Counted from the whole stretch's first letter, positions 49,946 through 60,852 are shown. The stretch: 63,665 nt of DNA, filler included, from Olpidium bornovanus S191 (GCA_017911155.1; 31 parts of 31 records of this genome joined end to end with filler, not necessarily neighbours in it); one strand, 5' to 3'. The notes: generated by a model not told the origin, from the letters alone. Numbers and translations are program-made.

Positions 49946-50947
49946 TGCTCGACGAGTCACGTGATCATTGAAGACGCAACCGATCAGGTGGGGAGCTCTC
50001 CGAGTCTCCCCCACCTCTTCAAACGCAAACAGGAGAAGAGTCGTAGCACGTTATCAGCACCATTGCACTCGTCACCCGTGCCCCAACACACACTCCGGTC
50101 CACATCCTCCTCGTCCTCGTCCTCTTCGAAAGTCCTCCTCGACGACCGCTGCCGCCGACGCCCTCGTCGCCCTTGTTCGTTGCTCGATCCGCTCGCCGCT
50201 TGTCTGACTTGCCTGTCAGCCAATTTTAAAGCTCCCGATGAGAACCGTCTGTCCCGACGAGAACCGAACTGGCCGAACCGTACCACTGTTCGCCGTCAAC
50301 CCTTTTGAGTTATTTCTTTTCTGCTCCCCTCTCCCGTCGTTTTTCCTTTGCCTCTGTCCGGAAACTTCCTCGTCGCTCGCTCGTCTTCAGCCTCCGAAAT
50401 TCCAAACTTCCGATCCCATGGCTCACATACCTTCTCCCTCTGCGCATCCCAGCCTCGCCCCCTTCCAGTTCCCTGCTCTTGCTGCAGACAGCAGTAACTA
50501 CCTCTTGTGGGCAATGCACGCCCAGTCCCACCTGGTTGCCCAGGAAGTGAATGCAGCGGTCGCGATCCCAGGAGGAGCTGAGGCTCAACTGGCCACGTCG
50601 ACATGCACGCCCGCCCAGCGGGCGCGTGCGCTGAACCTTTTGGTCCACCACCTAGACTACAAGTTTCAGGCTCACTATGTCCTTAAGAGGGACCCCGCCG
50701 CCATTTGGGCTACGCTTAAGGCGAGGTTCGACAACCAGCGTGTGCTCCCGCTCCCGCAAGCAAGGCATGACTGGCTCAACCTGCAGCCGATGGATCGGCG
50801 AGTACGACGCGAGGCTCCACGGGATTGTCACGACCCTCATCTCTGCGGGGAACAGGTCACCGAGGGCGACATGATTGAGAGACTCTGACCTCACCTCCTG
50901 CAGGAAGTGCGGTCTTGGCGGAACAATACCGCCAACGGGGTTACGTC
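49946..50947 (+). mobile_element. Bianca-like Ty1/Copia element 5' end: short LTR (~49946-50048), PBS and degenerate gag, interrupted by a nested LTR at 50948
   Basis: Near-perfect LTR termini TGCT(A)CGAC/GTCGTAGCA; gag ALAADSSNYLLWAMHAQSHL...KARFDNQ...LPQARHDWLNLQ...LCGEQVTEGDMIE...EQYRQRGY resembles plant Bianca gag. Confidence 0.75.
50049..50060 (+). promoter_or_regulatory. Primer-binding site CGTTATCAGCAC (half-tRNA type, matches the tRNA-Ile(IAU) anticodon arm)
   Basis: Directly follows LTR-terminal CA; reverse complement GTGCTGATAACG versus eukaryotic tRNA-Ile GTGCTAATAACG. Confidence 0.7.
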
Positions 50948-51666
50948 TGTTGAACCCGGAGAATCCGGAGGCCTTCTCGGAACCCCTGAATGTTCTCTGT
51001 ACTATAACGCGTAAATCTCCCAATAAACTGCCTTCTCTCACGGAGGCGAAAACCACAAAAAAAACCAACAGGTTATGAGCCCAACTCGGACTTGAGCCCC
51101 GCCGCCGCCGCTCACCGGCACCGGCCGCTTTCCACCGCCCGCCGCCGCCGCTCACCGGCACCGGCCGCAGCCCAACGGGACGCCCCTTCCTCTCCCGTTG
51201 ACCGTTGACGCGTCTCCGGCAGCTCACCTGCCGCCGCTCATCACCGGCCGAGCCGCCATCTTTCCGGCCTTCGCCGCCAGTCCTCCGCAGCCCGCCGCCG
51301 CTCACCGGGCAGCCGCTGCTCTCACCGCCGCCGCTGCGCTCACCGCCGCCGCTGCGCTCACCGCCGCCGCTGCGCATCCGCCGCCGCTGCGCTCTTAGCC
51401 GCCGCCGTCGCTGCGCATCTGCGTTTATTTTTCCGGCAGCCGCCCCCGCCGCCGCAGCCGCCGCTCACCGGCCGCTGCGCTCTTAGCCGCCGCCGAATTT
51501 GCGCTTTTTCCCGGCAGCCGCCCCCCGCCGCCGCAGCCGCCGCTCCCCGGCCGCTGCGCTCTTCGCCGCCGCCGCCGCTGCGCATCCGCTGCTGCGCTCT
51601 TCGCCTCCGCCGCCGCTCACCGGCAGCCGCCGCTCACCGGCCGCTGCGCTCTTCGCCGCCGCCGTC
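50948..51666 (+). mobile_element. Nested LTR retrotransposon 5' end: 123-bp LTR (50948-51070), PBS GGTTATGAGCCC (51071-51082), GCC-rich repetitive leader
   Basis: Perfect TGTTG...CAACA termini, internal AATAAA, half-tRNAiMet PBS; cuts the host gag frame exactly at 50947. Confidence 0.85.
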
Positions 51667-51795
51667 NNNNNNNNNNNNNNNNNNNNNNNNNNNNNNNNNN
51701 NNNNNNNNNNTTAATTAATTAANNNNNNNNNNNNNNNNNNNNNNNNNNNNNNNNNNNNNNNNNNNNCCCCCCCCCCCGCCCGATCCCGGACCAGA

Positions 51796-52336
51796 TCATT
51801 GAACCACCGCACCAGCGGCATTCTGGGCGGCCGCGGACATCTGCTGAAGCTGTTCGCCCACGAGCTTGTTGACGTCAAAAAACTTGGCAGTGCACCGGTC
51901 AATGCAGACCGACTCGCCCTTCGTCAGCTCCCCGTCGCGGTACGTCACTGGTATGCACTTTCGGTGGCAGCTGCTGACCATGCTAGAAAAAAACCGGAAT
52001 GCCCGGCGGAGTAACGGCGGGCGTTCGTTTTCCGCCCGAGTAAGAAAACCACGTCAAGAGCAGCTCCCCGACAGAGTTACGGGCCCGGCTGCCGCCGAAC
52101 CGCTTTTTTTATTTTTTTTTTTTTTTGCGTGCGACAACTTCGCAACGTTTTCAAAGCACAAAAAAAAAGAAGGAAAGAAAGAAACGTTGGACAGATTCAC
52201 CGGAATAACGAAGGGTGCGCCAGACGTACCGATTATACATATCCGAGAGCATTTCAATCTCCTGCTCCATGGCCTGCTGCTGCAGCGCTTGTTGCTGCTG
52301 GGCTTTCGCCGCCGCCCCCCCGCCAAAGAAACTCAT
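51796..52336 (-). CDS. TIM10: Mitochondrial small Tim chaperone Tim10, complete; exons 52230-52336 and 51796-51982, 97 aa
   Basis: [22 protein letters not shown]...GELTKGESVCIDRCTAKF twin CX3C; in-frame GT-AG intron. Confidence 0.95.
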
Positions 52337-52935
52337 CACCGGGCGGCCGCGTTCCCGCGCAGGGTTTCGTCTGTTCTCCTTGGTTCGGTAAGACGCTGAG
52401 GAGGCGGAGCGGCGCGCGGGGTTAGCAGGAAAAAAAGAAAAGGCGGTGCCGCGTCGCTTGTACGTCGCGCACAGGTGAGAAAGCGGGGTGGTGGGGGGAA
52501 GCATTGGGCGAAAGTGGACGGGGCGGCGCTGCGCGGTTGGCGGCCGGCGTTGTCGTCCCCCGCGAGTTGCACCCGAGCCCCGCGTCAGACGGGCCCCTGC
52601 CGCCGGCAGCGACGACGACCGGGGCGCGGCGCCGGCCGCCGGCGAAGTAACGCAGCCGGACTTCGCGGGACCGGGGAGGGGGGAGCCGCTGGGCTCGGAC
52701 GCAAAGGCATGACGGCGCAGAGCTACGCTCACCCCGCAGACCACGACGCCCCGAGTCCTGCCAAATTTCAAAGATCCGGCCGGTGCCAGACGCTTCGCCT
52801 TTTTTATTTTTTTTTTTTTTTTTTGGGACGGAATTTTCGGCGGCCCATGCGCCGCACCGGCACGTGACCCGTTGCGCCCCGCAGGGAAGGGGGGGGGGGG
52901 AAGCGCCCCGCTTCCGCCCCCACCAAAACGCCGTT

Positions 52936-53193
52936 GCGGTACTTACCGTTGCTGCTGAAATGCGTCAGCCGTTGTTGTCAATGTAATAATGGAAGGCCTG
53001 AGCAGAAACAAATTCAAAGCGAGAAACCCATTTCATGACTGCGGTACTTGCCGTTGTTGCTGAAATGCGTCAACCGTTGTTATTAATGTAAATAATGTAA
53101 GGGCAGAGCAGAAATTGCCGTTGTCGCTGAAATGCGTCAGCCGTTGTTATTGATGTAATAATGTAAGGGCAGAGCTGAACCAAATTCAAAGCG
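52936..53193. repeat. Three imperfect ~60-bp direct repeats upstream of TIM10
   Basis: CCGTTGYYGCTGAAATGCGTCARCCGTTGTT...ATGTAA(A)TAATG at ~52946, 53051, 53118. Confidence 0.88.
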
Positions 53194-53559
53194 ATCAAGG
53201 CGTCACATGAAAAAAAAAAACATTTCGCGATTCGGCCAGGCAGTGTAACCAGTGGGAAATCCTCCCGGGAAAACACCGCGACTTTGCGTTACAGGGGAGC
53301 GGCATTTTTGCCGTAAAGCAGGAACTTAGCGGGCCGCCGGCAGTAATAAAAAAATATGCCATACACGACAGGCGTGATTGCAGCAGGCCTCCTTGTTCGA
53401 GGCGGGGGTCAACCAGGGCGGCAGGCCTCAGATGGTCTTCACGGCCTCGAACACCATGANNNNNNNNNNNNNNNNNNNNNNNNNNNNNNNNNNNNNNNNN
53501 NNNTTAATTAATTAANNNNNNNNNNNNNNNNNNNNNNNNNNNNNNNNNNNNNNNNNNNN

Positions 53560-55050
53560 GGTTACTCGGTCAGAGTCCCTAGGTTGGGGCGACGGGGTCG
53601 GCACCGCTCGCGGCGTCGAGAGTCCCATCGCCGATTCTAGTTTTTTGACTTCTTCCGGATCTTTCGTTTCTTCGGGCATGCTGACGTGGTATGGTTGGCG
53701 CTCAGAATCCTGCAGTATTGGCAGGCATTTCAAGCCCTCAGAAATTTGCGCAGCAAATCCGTCAGGAGTGGAAACACCTGGAAGTCGTTGTAGTTGCTGG
53801 TTGTGGGGGTGGTCGAGATTGGTTTCAACGAGACAGGCCCGATGCCCATGGGGACGGGTCTGTCGTTCGGAGCCGGGCGGCGAGCCTGTCTGCTCTGCGG
53901 ATGGCCCTGTGAGCGCCCGGCGCCTTTGCTACGCTGGCGGTCAATCTCGTCGAGTGCCTCCATCTCGTTGGAGGCCATCGTTCAGTCCTCGCTTATACGC
54001 GAAGAACTTGTCGGCTTTCGTGATGTCAGGGAGGAGGAGGACCAGTCTCCGTAATTCCTCCGTGTAGAGACGGGTGGAGCCCGTCTGTTGCAATGTCGTG
54101 AGCTTGCGGCGGGCGTTCTCTTCTTCCAGGGGGGCGCCCCAACGGCGGAGGAAAAGTCGGCAAAACTCGGTGAAGTTTGGCACTGAGCCCGCCAGACTTT
54201 GGTTCCACGCAGCTGCTTTGTCCGCAAGCATGGCACCGACGGCCACGACCCTGGCCGAGCGTTCCAGGCGAGCGAAGTCGGCGTACTGTTCGAATTGCGC
54301 CAAGAAGTTGCGCACCTGGTGGGAGGCTCTGTTGCGACCGGTGAAAGGCCGTAGCTTATCGCGAATAAGTTTCGCGACTGCATGGTCGGACTCCAACAGT
54401 TTCCGAACGGAGTCTTTGGAAGCGGCCATGGCGGCGAAAGCCGCCTGCAGTGAATGGTCGCGCTGCGCGGTCACCTCTGCCAGGCGGGTCTCCAGTTGGC
54501 GGATTGCCATCTGGTAGTCCGCCTCGGTTTGCAGGAGGGTGGGTCCTGCGGCGGAGGTGACGGGGGAAGTTGGAGTCTGGTTGCGAGCCATGTCAGAAAA
54601 ATGAAAGGCGTTGCTACCATGTACTGTGGAAAAATATGAAGACGCCACTCGCGCGGTGTAGTCCTTCGACAAAGGAGGTCGTGGAGGAAGTGTCTTTTTC
54701 TATTGCGTGTCGAAAACAATAACGATAACTTTTTTCTGGTTTCAAAGTACTGGGAAGGAGTGTTATTTATGCTCACGGCTGCACGCAATGTGCCGTGCAG
54801 TGCCCGTTGCCCTTTGTGGGCGCGCCCGCGCAGGTCTTCCACGCGGGCTTTGCCCATGGTCGCGCGTCGCCGTTCCTCCTTCTGTTGCGCCCGCGTGGGT
54901 CCCGTCTTCGAGTATGTTGACTAAGTGGTTGCGCACGCGGGTTCGAAGGGGGATTTCGGGAACGAAGGGGGTTTGGTGGGGTGGCATCCCGGGTCACGTG
55001 ACCTGGGTCCTTCCAGCGCGCTACGGGCGCGCGGCGCATCACAACATAGC
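53560..55050 (-). mobile_element. Ty3/Gypsy element 5' end: LTR (~54620-55050), PBS TGGTAGCAACGCC (54607-54619) and frameshifted gag from ATG 54591
   Basis: LRPFTG...VRNFLAQFEQY...LADKAAAW...EFCRLFLRRW...ARRKLTTLQQTGSTRLY...YKRGL; PVPMGIG motif; TGGTAGC complementary to the tRNAiMet 3' end. Confidence 0.85.
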
Positions 55051-55300
55051 AACATGTAATTGTTCACAGACTCTTCCAGTAATTGTTAATGCACTCTTGA
55101 AGACGTCCGTAAAGAAGTGGATGTTGTTGAAACGTGTGTGCTTAAAATGCAGTAGTTTTTTGGGGATCTGCGTGTCATATTCTGCGACATAAAAATGTTT
55201 TCGGAGTGCTTCTTGAAGTTGTGGCCATCTTGTCCAATGACTTGTATGACCGGGTGCGTACTGCTTCTCATGGTTCAACCAGAATGATGTGGCCAATTTT
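55051..55300 (-). mobile_element. Older Gypsy gag fragment abutting the LTR above
   Basis: HWTRWPQLQEALRKHFY...KKLLHFKH...FTDVF parallels the gag at 8050-8250. Confidence 0.6.
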
Positions 55301-55809
55301 GTTCTTTTTACAGCTTGGCGACTACTTTCGACAGCTGCCTAAGATGAAAGCGACTTATCAAAATAAAATGGATGTTACCACCTGATTACNNNNNNNNNNN
55401 NNNNNNNNNNNNNNNNNNNNNNNNNNNNNNNNNTTAATTAATTAANNNNNNNNNNNNNNNNNNNNNNNNNNNNNNNNNNNNNNNNNNNNCATGAGACGGC
55501 GTGCTATTGCGGCTGTAATATGGTGCAAGTCTTCCGGTTTTTTTGTACATATCCGATTAAATAAAAAAGATGCAAATTTGCCCTTACCCCTCTCCCCCCG
55601 CCTCCTCCCGCCCGTGCCGGGCCGCGCCGCCAGGAATTTTGCTGCTTCGCATCATCAACCACGTGTCATCACGCAATCCGTCCTTTTCCCCGGCCAAGCA
55701 AAAAAATCTTTCTTTTCTATTTCTCTTTCTCTCTCTTTTTTTATTGTTTTTTGTTTATTTATTTATTTATTTTTCTAGCTGTGTGACCTCTGGGCCGGCG
55801 CGCAGGCGC

Positions 55810-56054
55810 TTCCTGCCGTTTTCCCCCGTTCTCCCTCCCACCGCCCACGAGCGCCATGCTCAAACCGGACGGCGGGACGGTGATATGCCACAGATCTCCG
55901 AAGGAGTTGGAAGCTTTCACCAAAGAAGGTTTCTATGTAACATTCCTGCCGTTCCCCCCCGTTCCCCCCCCTCCCACCGCCGACGAGTGCCATGCTCCAA
56001 ACCGGAAGGCCTGAGGGTGATATGCCATAGATCTCCGATGGAGTTGGAAGTTTA
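55810..56054. repeat. Imperfect tandem duplication, period ~133 bp, downstream of CDO1
   Basis: TTCCTGCCGTT...GCCATGCTC...GGTGATATGCCAYAGATCTCCGAWGGAGTTGGAAG at ~55810 and ~55943. Confidence 0.85.
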
Positions 56055-56326
56055 GCCAAGAGAGTCCCCCGCGAGTAGTGAAAATCGCGAAAACCGCCGG
56101 ATGATTTCTTTTTCAACAAGAAGGAAAAGAAGGAAAAGAATAGAAAAAAATGAAAAAAAAAAAAATTCCGTTCCTCACCAGCGCTCGCGTTCTACTGCGA
56201 CAATGCCGTTACGAATAAGGGATGCCGAGAACTGGTTTGGGAAGCGGGTTGAAAAAAAAAAAATAAATCCCACCCCCCTCCCCAAAAAAATATGCCGGCC
56301 TGACCGGCGGCCGCGTCGCCTACGTG

Positions 56327-56942
56327 TCAAAAGTCACGCTCGATTTTCTGCCCCTTTACAGAGTAGTAAGACATGATGCCGCTCCTGCGGGCGACTCCCG
56401 ACTCGGTGAAGGTGCGCACTTCCGAGAAGGGCGGAGTGTAGAGGCTTTTCGAGATAACGGCCGGGTCAGAAATTGTGGGAACCAGGCCCGACGAAGCAGC
56501 TGCGGTGCAAGCTTGCTCGCGCGACTTTCGTTCTTACTGGAGGGACACAGCCGGTTTCGACGCCGAGGAGTTGGCGACGCGGTGAAGACCGATCTTGTCG
56601 TGGATGTACGCGACCTCGTCTCGGTTGTACTCCCTGACCCACTTTTTCTTCAGTCCGCAGGGCATGGCCCTAGGGCCGCCCGCGATGGCACAGACGTCGT
56701 CGGAATCGGACGAGTTGTCACTGGTGGGGGGCAGTTTGACGGTTTCCCCGTTCCCGTCGATGACGGCACAGACGTCGTCGGAGTCGGACGAGTGGTCACT
56801 AATAGGGGAAACGTTGTCGCCGTTCCTGAAGGCGCTGCACGGTTTGCCGGCGTCGGTCTCGGGCCACTCGAACGTTTCTTCGATCAGCGCGCCGTCCAAG
56901 ACTTTCATGAGGCAGTGGCAATTGGCATGGTCGTGGATCGAG
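56327..56942 (-). CDS. CDO1: Cysteine dioxygenase, 5'-partial; exons 56538-56942 and 56327-56444
   Basis: SSIHDHANCHCLMKVLDGAL; VAYIHDKIGLHRV; AVSLH|LYTPPF formed by an in-frame splice. Confidence 0.93.
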
Positions 56943-57146
56943 CTGGCCAAGTTATGGTATTTAAAAAAAAGAAAAGAAAAATAAGAAAAGAACAACGAAA
57001 AGGAAAGAAAAAAAAAACCAACGGAAAGGAAAGAAAAAAAAAATAGNNNNNNNNNNNNNNNNNNNNNNNNNNNNNNNNNNNNNNNNNNNNTTAATTAATT
57101 AANNNNNNNNNNNNNNNNNNNNNNNNNNNNNNNNNNNNNNNNNNNN

Positions 57147-57237
<91 letters not shown>

Positions 57238-57287
57238 AAAAAAAAGGAAAAAAAAAAAAAAGAAAAGAAAAAAGCGCGGGCGCGTAC

Positions 57288-57330
57288 CTCCCTTTCCGAG
57301 CCCCTTGCCTCCCTTTCCGCGTCCCGACAT
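57288..57330 (-). CDS. HHF1: Histone H4, first exon only
   Basis: MSGRGKGGKGLGKG followed by a GTACGC donor and a poly-T intron running into the contig end. Confidence 0.9.
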
Positions 57331-57579
57331 TGTCGCTCTTGTCTAGTTTCCGCGCAAACCCGGGGCGGGAGGGGGAGGGGGGGGCGCTGTCCTCGGCGGG
57401 CGGGATATCTGGGCACTGGGGAGAAAGGGAGGAGGACAGGCGGAGGAGGAAGGAAAGGAGGACGGGTTGAGGGGGAGCGGGGAAAAGGGGGAAAACCCCT
57501 GCCCTGCTCGTGCTCCTGCTCCTTGCCCTGCCTTCCGCTCCGCCCCCGCGCCCACCTCTCCGGTGCGCATGAAAGGGCA

Positions 57580-57591
57580 GGTCACGTGACC
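57580..57591. promoter_or_regulatory. Palindromic E-box GGTCACGTGACC
   Basis: 12-bp palindrome ~250 nt upstream of the histone H4 ATG. Confidence 0.5.
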
Positions 57592-58305
57592 GCCGGTCGG
57601 GAGGGCAGGGAGGAAGGAGGAGCGGGAAGGGTTCGGGGAGAGAAGGGGGCCCGGAACTGGCTGTGGTCAGCCAGGAAGCTGCGCAGCCACTGGCAACACA
57701 TTCCCCAGATCCACTCGAGGCCAAGAGCGCGCGCGTTAAGCTGAATGCCGCGGCGGCCTCGTGTGTTCTGGCGGAGTGCGTGCACGACGTCGACGGGCAG
57801 GTGGAATCTCTTGACGAGCAGTCTGTAAAAAGGTCGACTGCGACGCTGTCCAGCACTTGCACTAAGTGCAAGAGAGACAGCCGTGAAATCAGCAGGCCAA
57901 ACGTGTGCGCCCGTTACGGAGCTGCGCGCAGGGTTTCGGTGTGCTGAGAAAGCCTCTGTAATTTACAGACTCTGCGGGAAAACGCGGTCCGCGGGACCAG
58001 GAGCGAACTCATGTTGTTATGCTGCCGTCGATAGCACAGGCCGCACGGGGCTTCAGGAGAACGGAGGCGTAGGCGGCCAGCGGGCAGGTCCGTTCCGCCT
58101 CACCCCTTCGCTCGTCGGCTGTTGCCAGCGGAGCCCGCGGGTTGGCGACGGGGGAACTGCCGGGAACAGCAGCTTTGCAGTTTCCCGTGGAAGGGACAGT
58201 GTGTGCGCCCGACTTTTGCGAATCGTTGCTGCCCGGTGCTTTGCAGGCGGGCGCTTTTTTCTTTCGCGGGAGCGGCGGCGCAAAATCTCGGAGCTGTCCG
58301 CGCGG

Positions 58306-58344
<39 letters not shown>

Positions 58345-59031
58345 CGGAACGCGTCCCGTGCGTTCGAGCGACCCGTCACGGCGGCCGCGCGCTACCGTCG
58401 TTCGCGTCCGCGGTGTCGGCCGGAGGCGTCCGCGGGCGCGGGGGTGGAAGGGAGGGAGGGGGAGGAGAGGTCGGACTCGGACGAAGAGAGGCCCCGCGTC
58501 CGCGATGTCTTCGGCCCCGCTCGCTCGGGCGGAGGAAAAGGAGCGTCCGTGGGAACGGAAAGCGCCTCCCGGCAACCAGGAAGGGGCCCCGTCGTCCACA
58601 CGGAGGAACGCCTGCGTGGCCCGCGCGCCCGTTGCCATGCCAATCTGGGCCAACCCGCGACGCGAGCGTTAGCGGGCGCGCGGTCGACTCTCCCGGCCAC
58701 CCCGGGGCTCTTCCCGCCCAGCCTTCCCCCTCCGGCGCCGACCGTCCTGGCGGACCCTGTCCCCCGCGTAACGGCGGGAAGAGACGCACCGCCGCCAAGC
58801 ACGAAAACGCCGTGACGCCGAACGCCGCGCAGCATGCTCGCTTTGGAAAAATCAAGCAAGGTGACAACTGCCCCGCTTCCGGGGTGCAGACGTCGGCGCG
58901 GACCCCCGCGGGAGTGTGTGTTTCGTGAACGGGGGATTTTGCCCGGTGAACACCAGCGATCTCCAATCTTTACCGCGTCCAGATACACAAAAAGAAGCTG
59001 CTCTTCCGCTCTGCGAGCCTTCTGCTTCCAG

Positions 59032-59560
59032 CCATCGTGCTTGCGACGACCCCGACGGCCGGCCATGGCTGCCCCCACGTCAAGCGGGATTCGCCCGACT
59101 TCCACCAGAACTATCACATGTGGGCCGTCGATCTGGTGGACCCGGAGACGCGGCAGCCAATGACGGAGGAACAGGCGGCAAAGCTGGCCGAAGAGCGCGG
59201 GTTCCACCACCTGGGCCGTGTCGGCGAACTGGAGGGGGTGCACGTGTTCGCCGCGCTCAAGGAATCTTCGACCGTCCCCGACGAGGAGGAAGGCGGCGAC
59301 GCGGGCGGGCCGCGCGCATCCGGGCGCAGCAGAATCATCAAGCGGTCCGTTCAGGAAGCAGAGGCGGACCTGTTCAACACGGCCCACGTTAACTGGTTTG
59401 AGTTGCAGATCCCGCGGAAGAGGCACAAACGAGGCTTCGAGGAGGCGACGCCTGCGACGGCCGAACCGGCGCCGGCCGCCGCGAGCGGACGGCAACCGGC
59501 CGAGCAAGGCGCCGCCGACGGCGGGAAAAACACGCAGGATTCTCAGTCGACCCGCTCGTC
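59032..59560 (+). CDS. KEX2: Kexin/furin-type proprotein convertase, prodomain exon (partial)
   Basis: AAKLAEERGFHHLGRVGELEGVHVF...VNWFELQIPRKRHKR prodomain with dibasic autocleavage site (~59414-59432); first exon not located. Confidence 0.75.
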
Positions 59561-59823
59561 CGATATTTTTCGGAACGGCGGGCGGGGAAGCCGCCCCGGC
59601 GACATGCCTACATTGCCCTGGAGTATATGCGAGCAGCTGTCAGACACAGACACTACGCGCGCACATCCCGCTCAAAGAAACTCACATCTGCGATGGCATT
59701 GTCCGGATGGACGGATCCCGAGANNNNNNNNNNNNNNNNNNNNNNNNNNNNNNNNNNNNNNNNNNNNTTAATTAATTAANNNNNNNNNNNNNNNNNNNNN
59801 NNNNNNNNNNNNNNNNNNNNNNN

Positions 59824-60852
59824 GGGGCCACACCGCGGGGTAGGCGCACCTTGGTGTGTCTAGTGGCAAGGCACGTGACTAGAGCAGCCTGCAGGCGTGC
59901 GCCTGTGAGCAGCCTGCAGGCGTGCGCCTGTAACAAATGCCGGCTTGCCGCGGGTTTCGGTACGCTGCATTGGCCAGAGAAGGATTGTCATATTACGTCA
60001 AGGGGAAGCCACTTCGCACAAAGCATACCGCAGGGGTAAATAGATTCCTTTTGGAGGACGTCCTTTGCCAGTATGGGCCTTGCGCTCGAATCAGAGCCCA
60101 CAGGGGGGGGCTTCGCCCCCGAGAAATCAAGGAATTCATTCGGACGTTTGGGGTCGACCTCCAACTGACAGTTGCGTACAACCCCGAAGCAAATGGGAAA
60201 GTGGAAAGGGGCCACCAGACCTTGGTGACTGCCTTGGTGAAGGCCTCCAAGTTTTAGTTCCGGGTTGTGGGTGGAATTGTTCCCTTTTGCTTTGTGGGCA
60301 GACAGAACAGTGCATTGGACGACGGGATACGCCCCGATTGAGCTGATGCTGGGGACAAAGCCGTGCCTGCCCATCGAAGATGTCGTCGAGAGCTGGGCGG
60401 TGTTGCCGTGGAAGAAAAAAATGGGACGGGAGGAGTTGTTGGAGGTCAGGGTCCGTCAGCTTGAACGACGCAAGGAGGATGTCGAAACTGCGGCGGAGGT
60501 CCTCTGGGCCACCAAGTTGAAGGAGAAGGACCGAATTGACGCCAGACAGGGGAAGCACCCGCGCCCTCTCGTCAATAGAGATTGGGTCCTACGACGAAAC
60601 GACAGGGTGGAATCGGAACTTGGGACGCATCGTAAGTTCGTGCGACGTTGGTTTGGGCCGTACATGGTTTTGAAGGCGTTCTCGACGACGGGGACGTACG
60701 AGCTCCGTGAGTTGGATGGGATGCGATTGGCCGGACGTGTGGCCGCAAAGCACTTAAAGCTGTTTAGGCAGCGAGATGGGAAGGAATATGAGTTAGGGAC
60801 CACTGGCGATGGAGGCCTTAGTAACAAAGAAGGGCAGGAGGGGAGAGGCTGA
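59824..60852 (+). mobile_element. Degenerate Ty3/Gypsy integrase (core and GPY/F C-terminus)
   Basis: LTVAYNPEANGKVERGHQTL; FALWADRT...TTGYAP; RWFGPYMV...YELRELDG; disrupted by a stop/frameshift near 60255 and a 25-bp tandem duplication (59882-59931). Confidence 0.9.

Noticed and set aside
59872-59879. CACGTGAC as a regulatory E-box
   Set aside because: Lies within integrase-coding remnant sequence and is likely incidental
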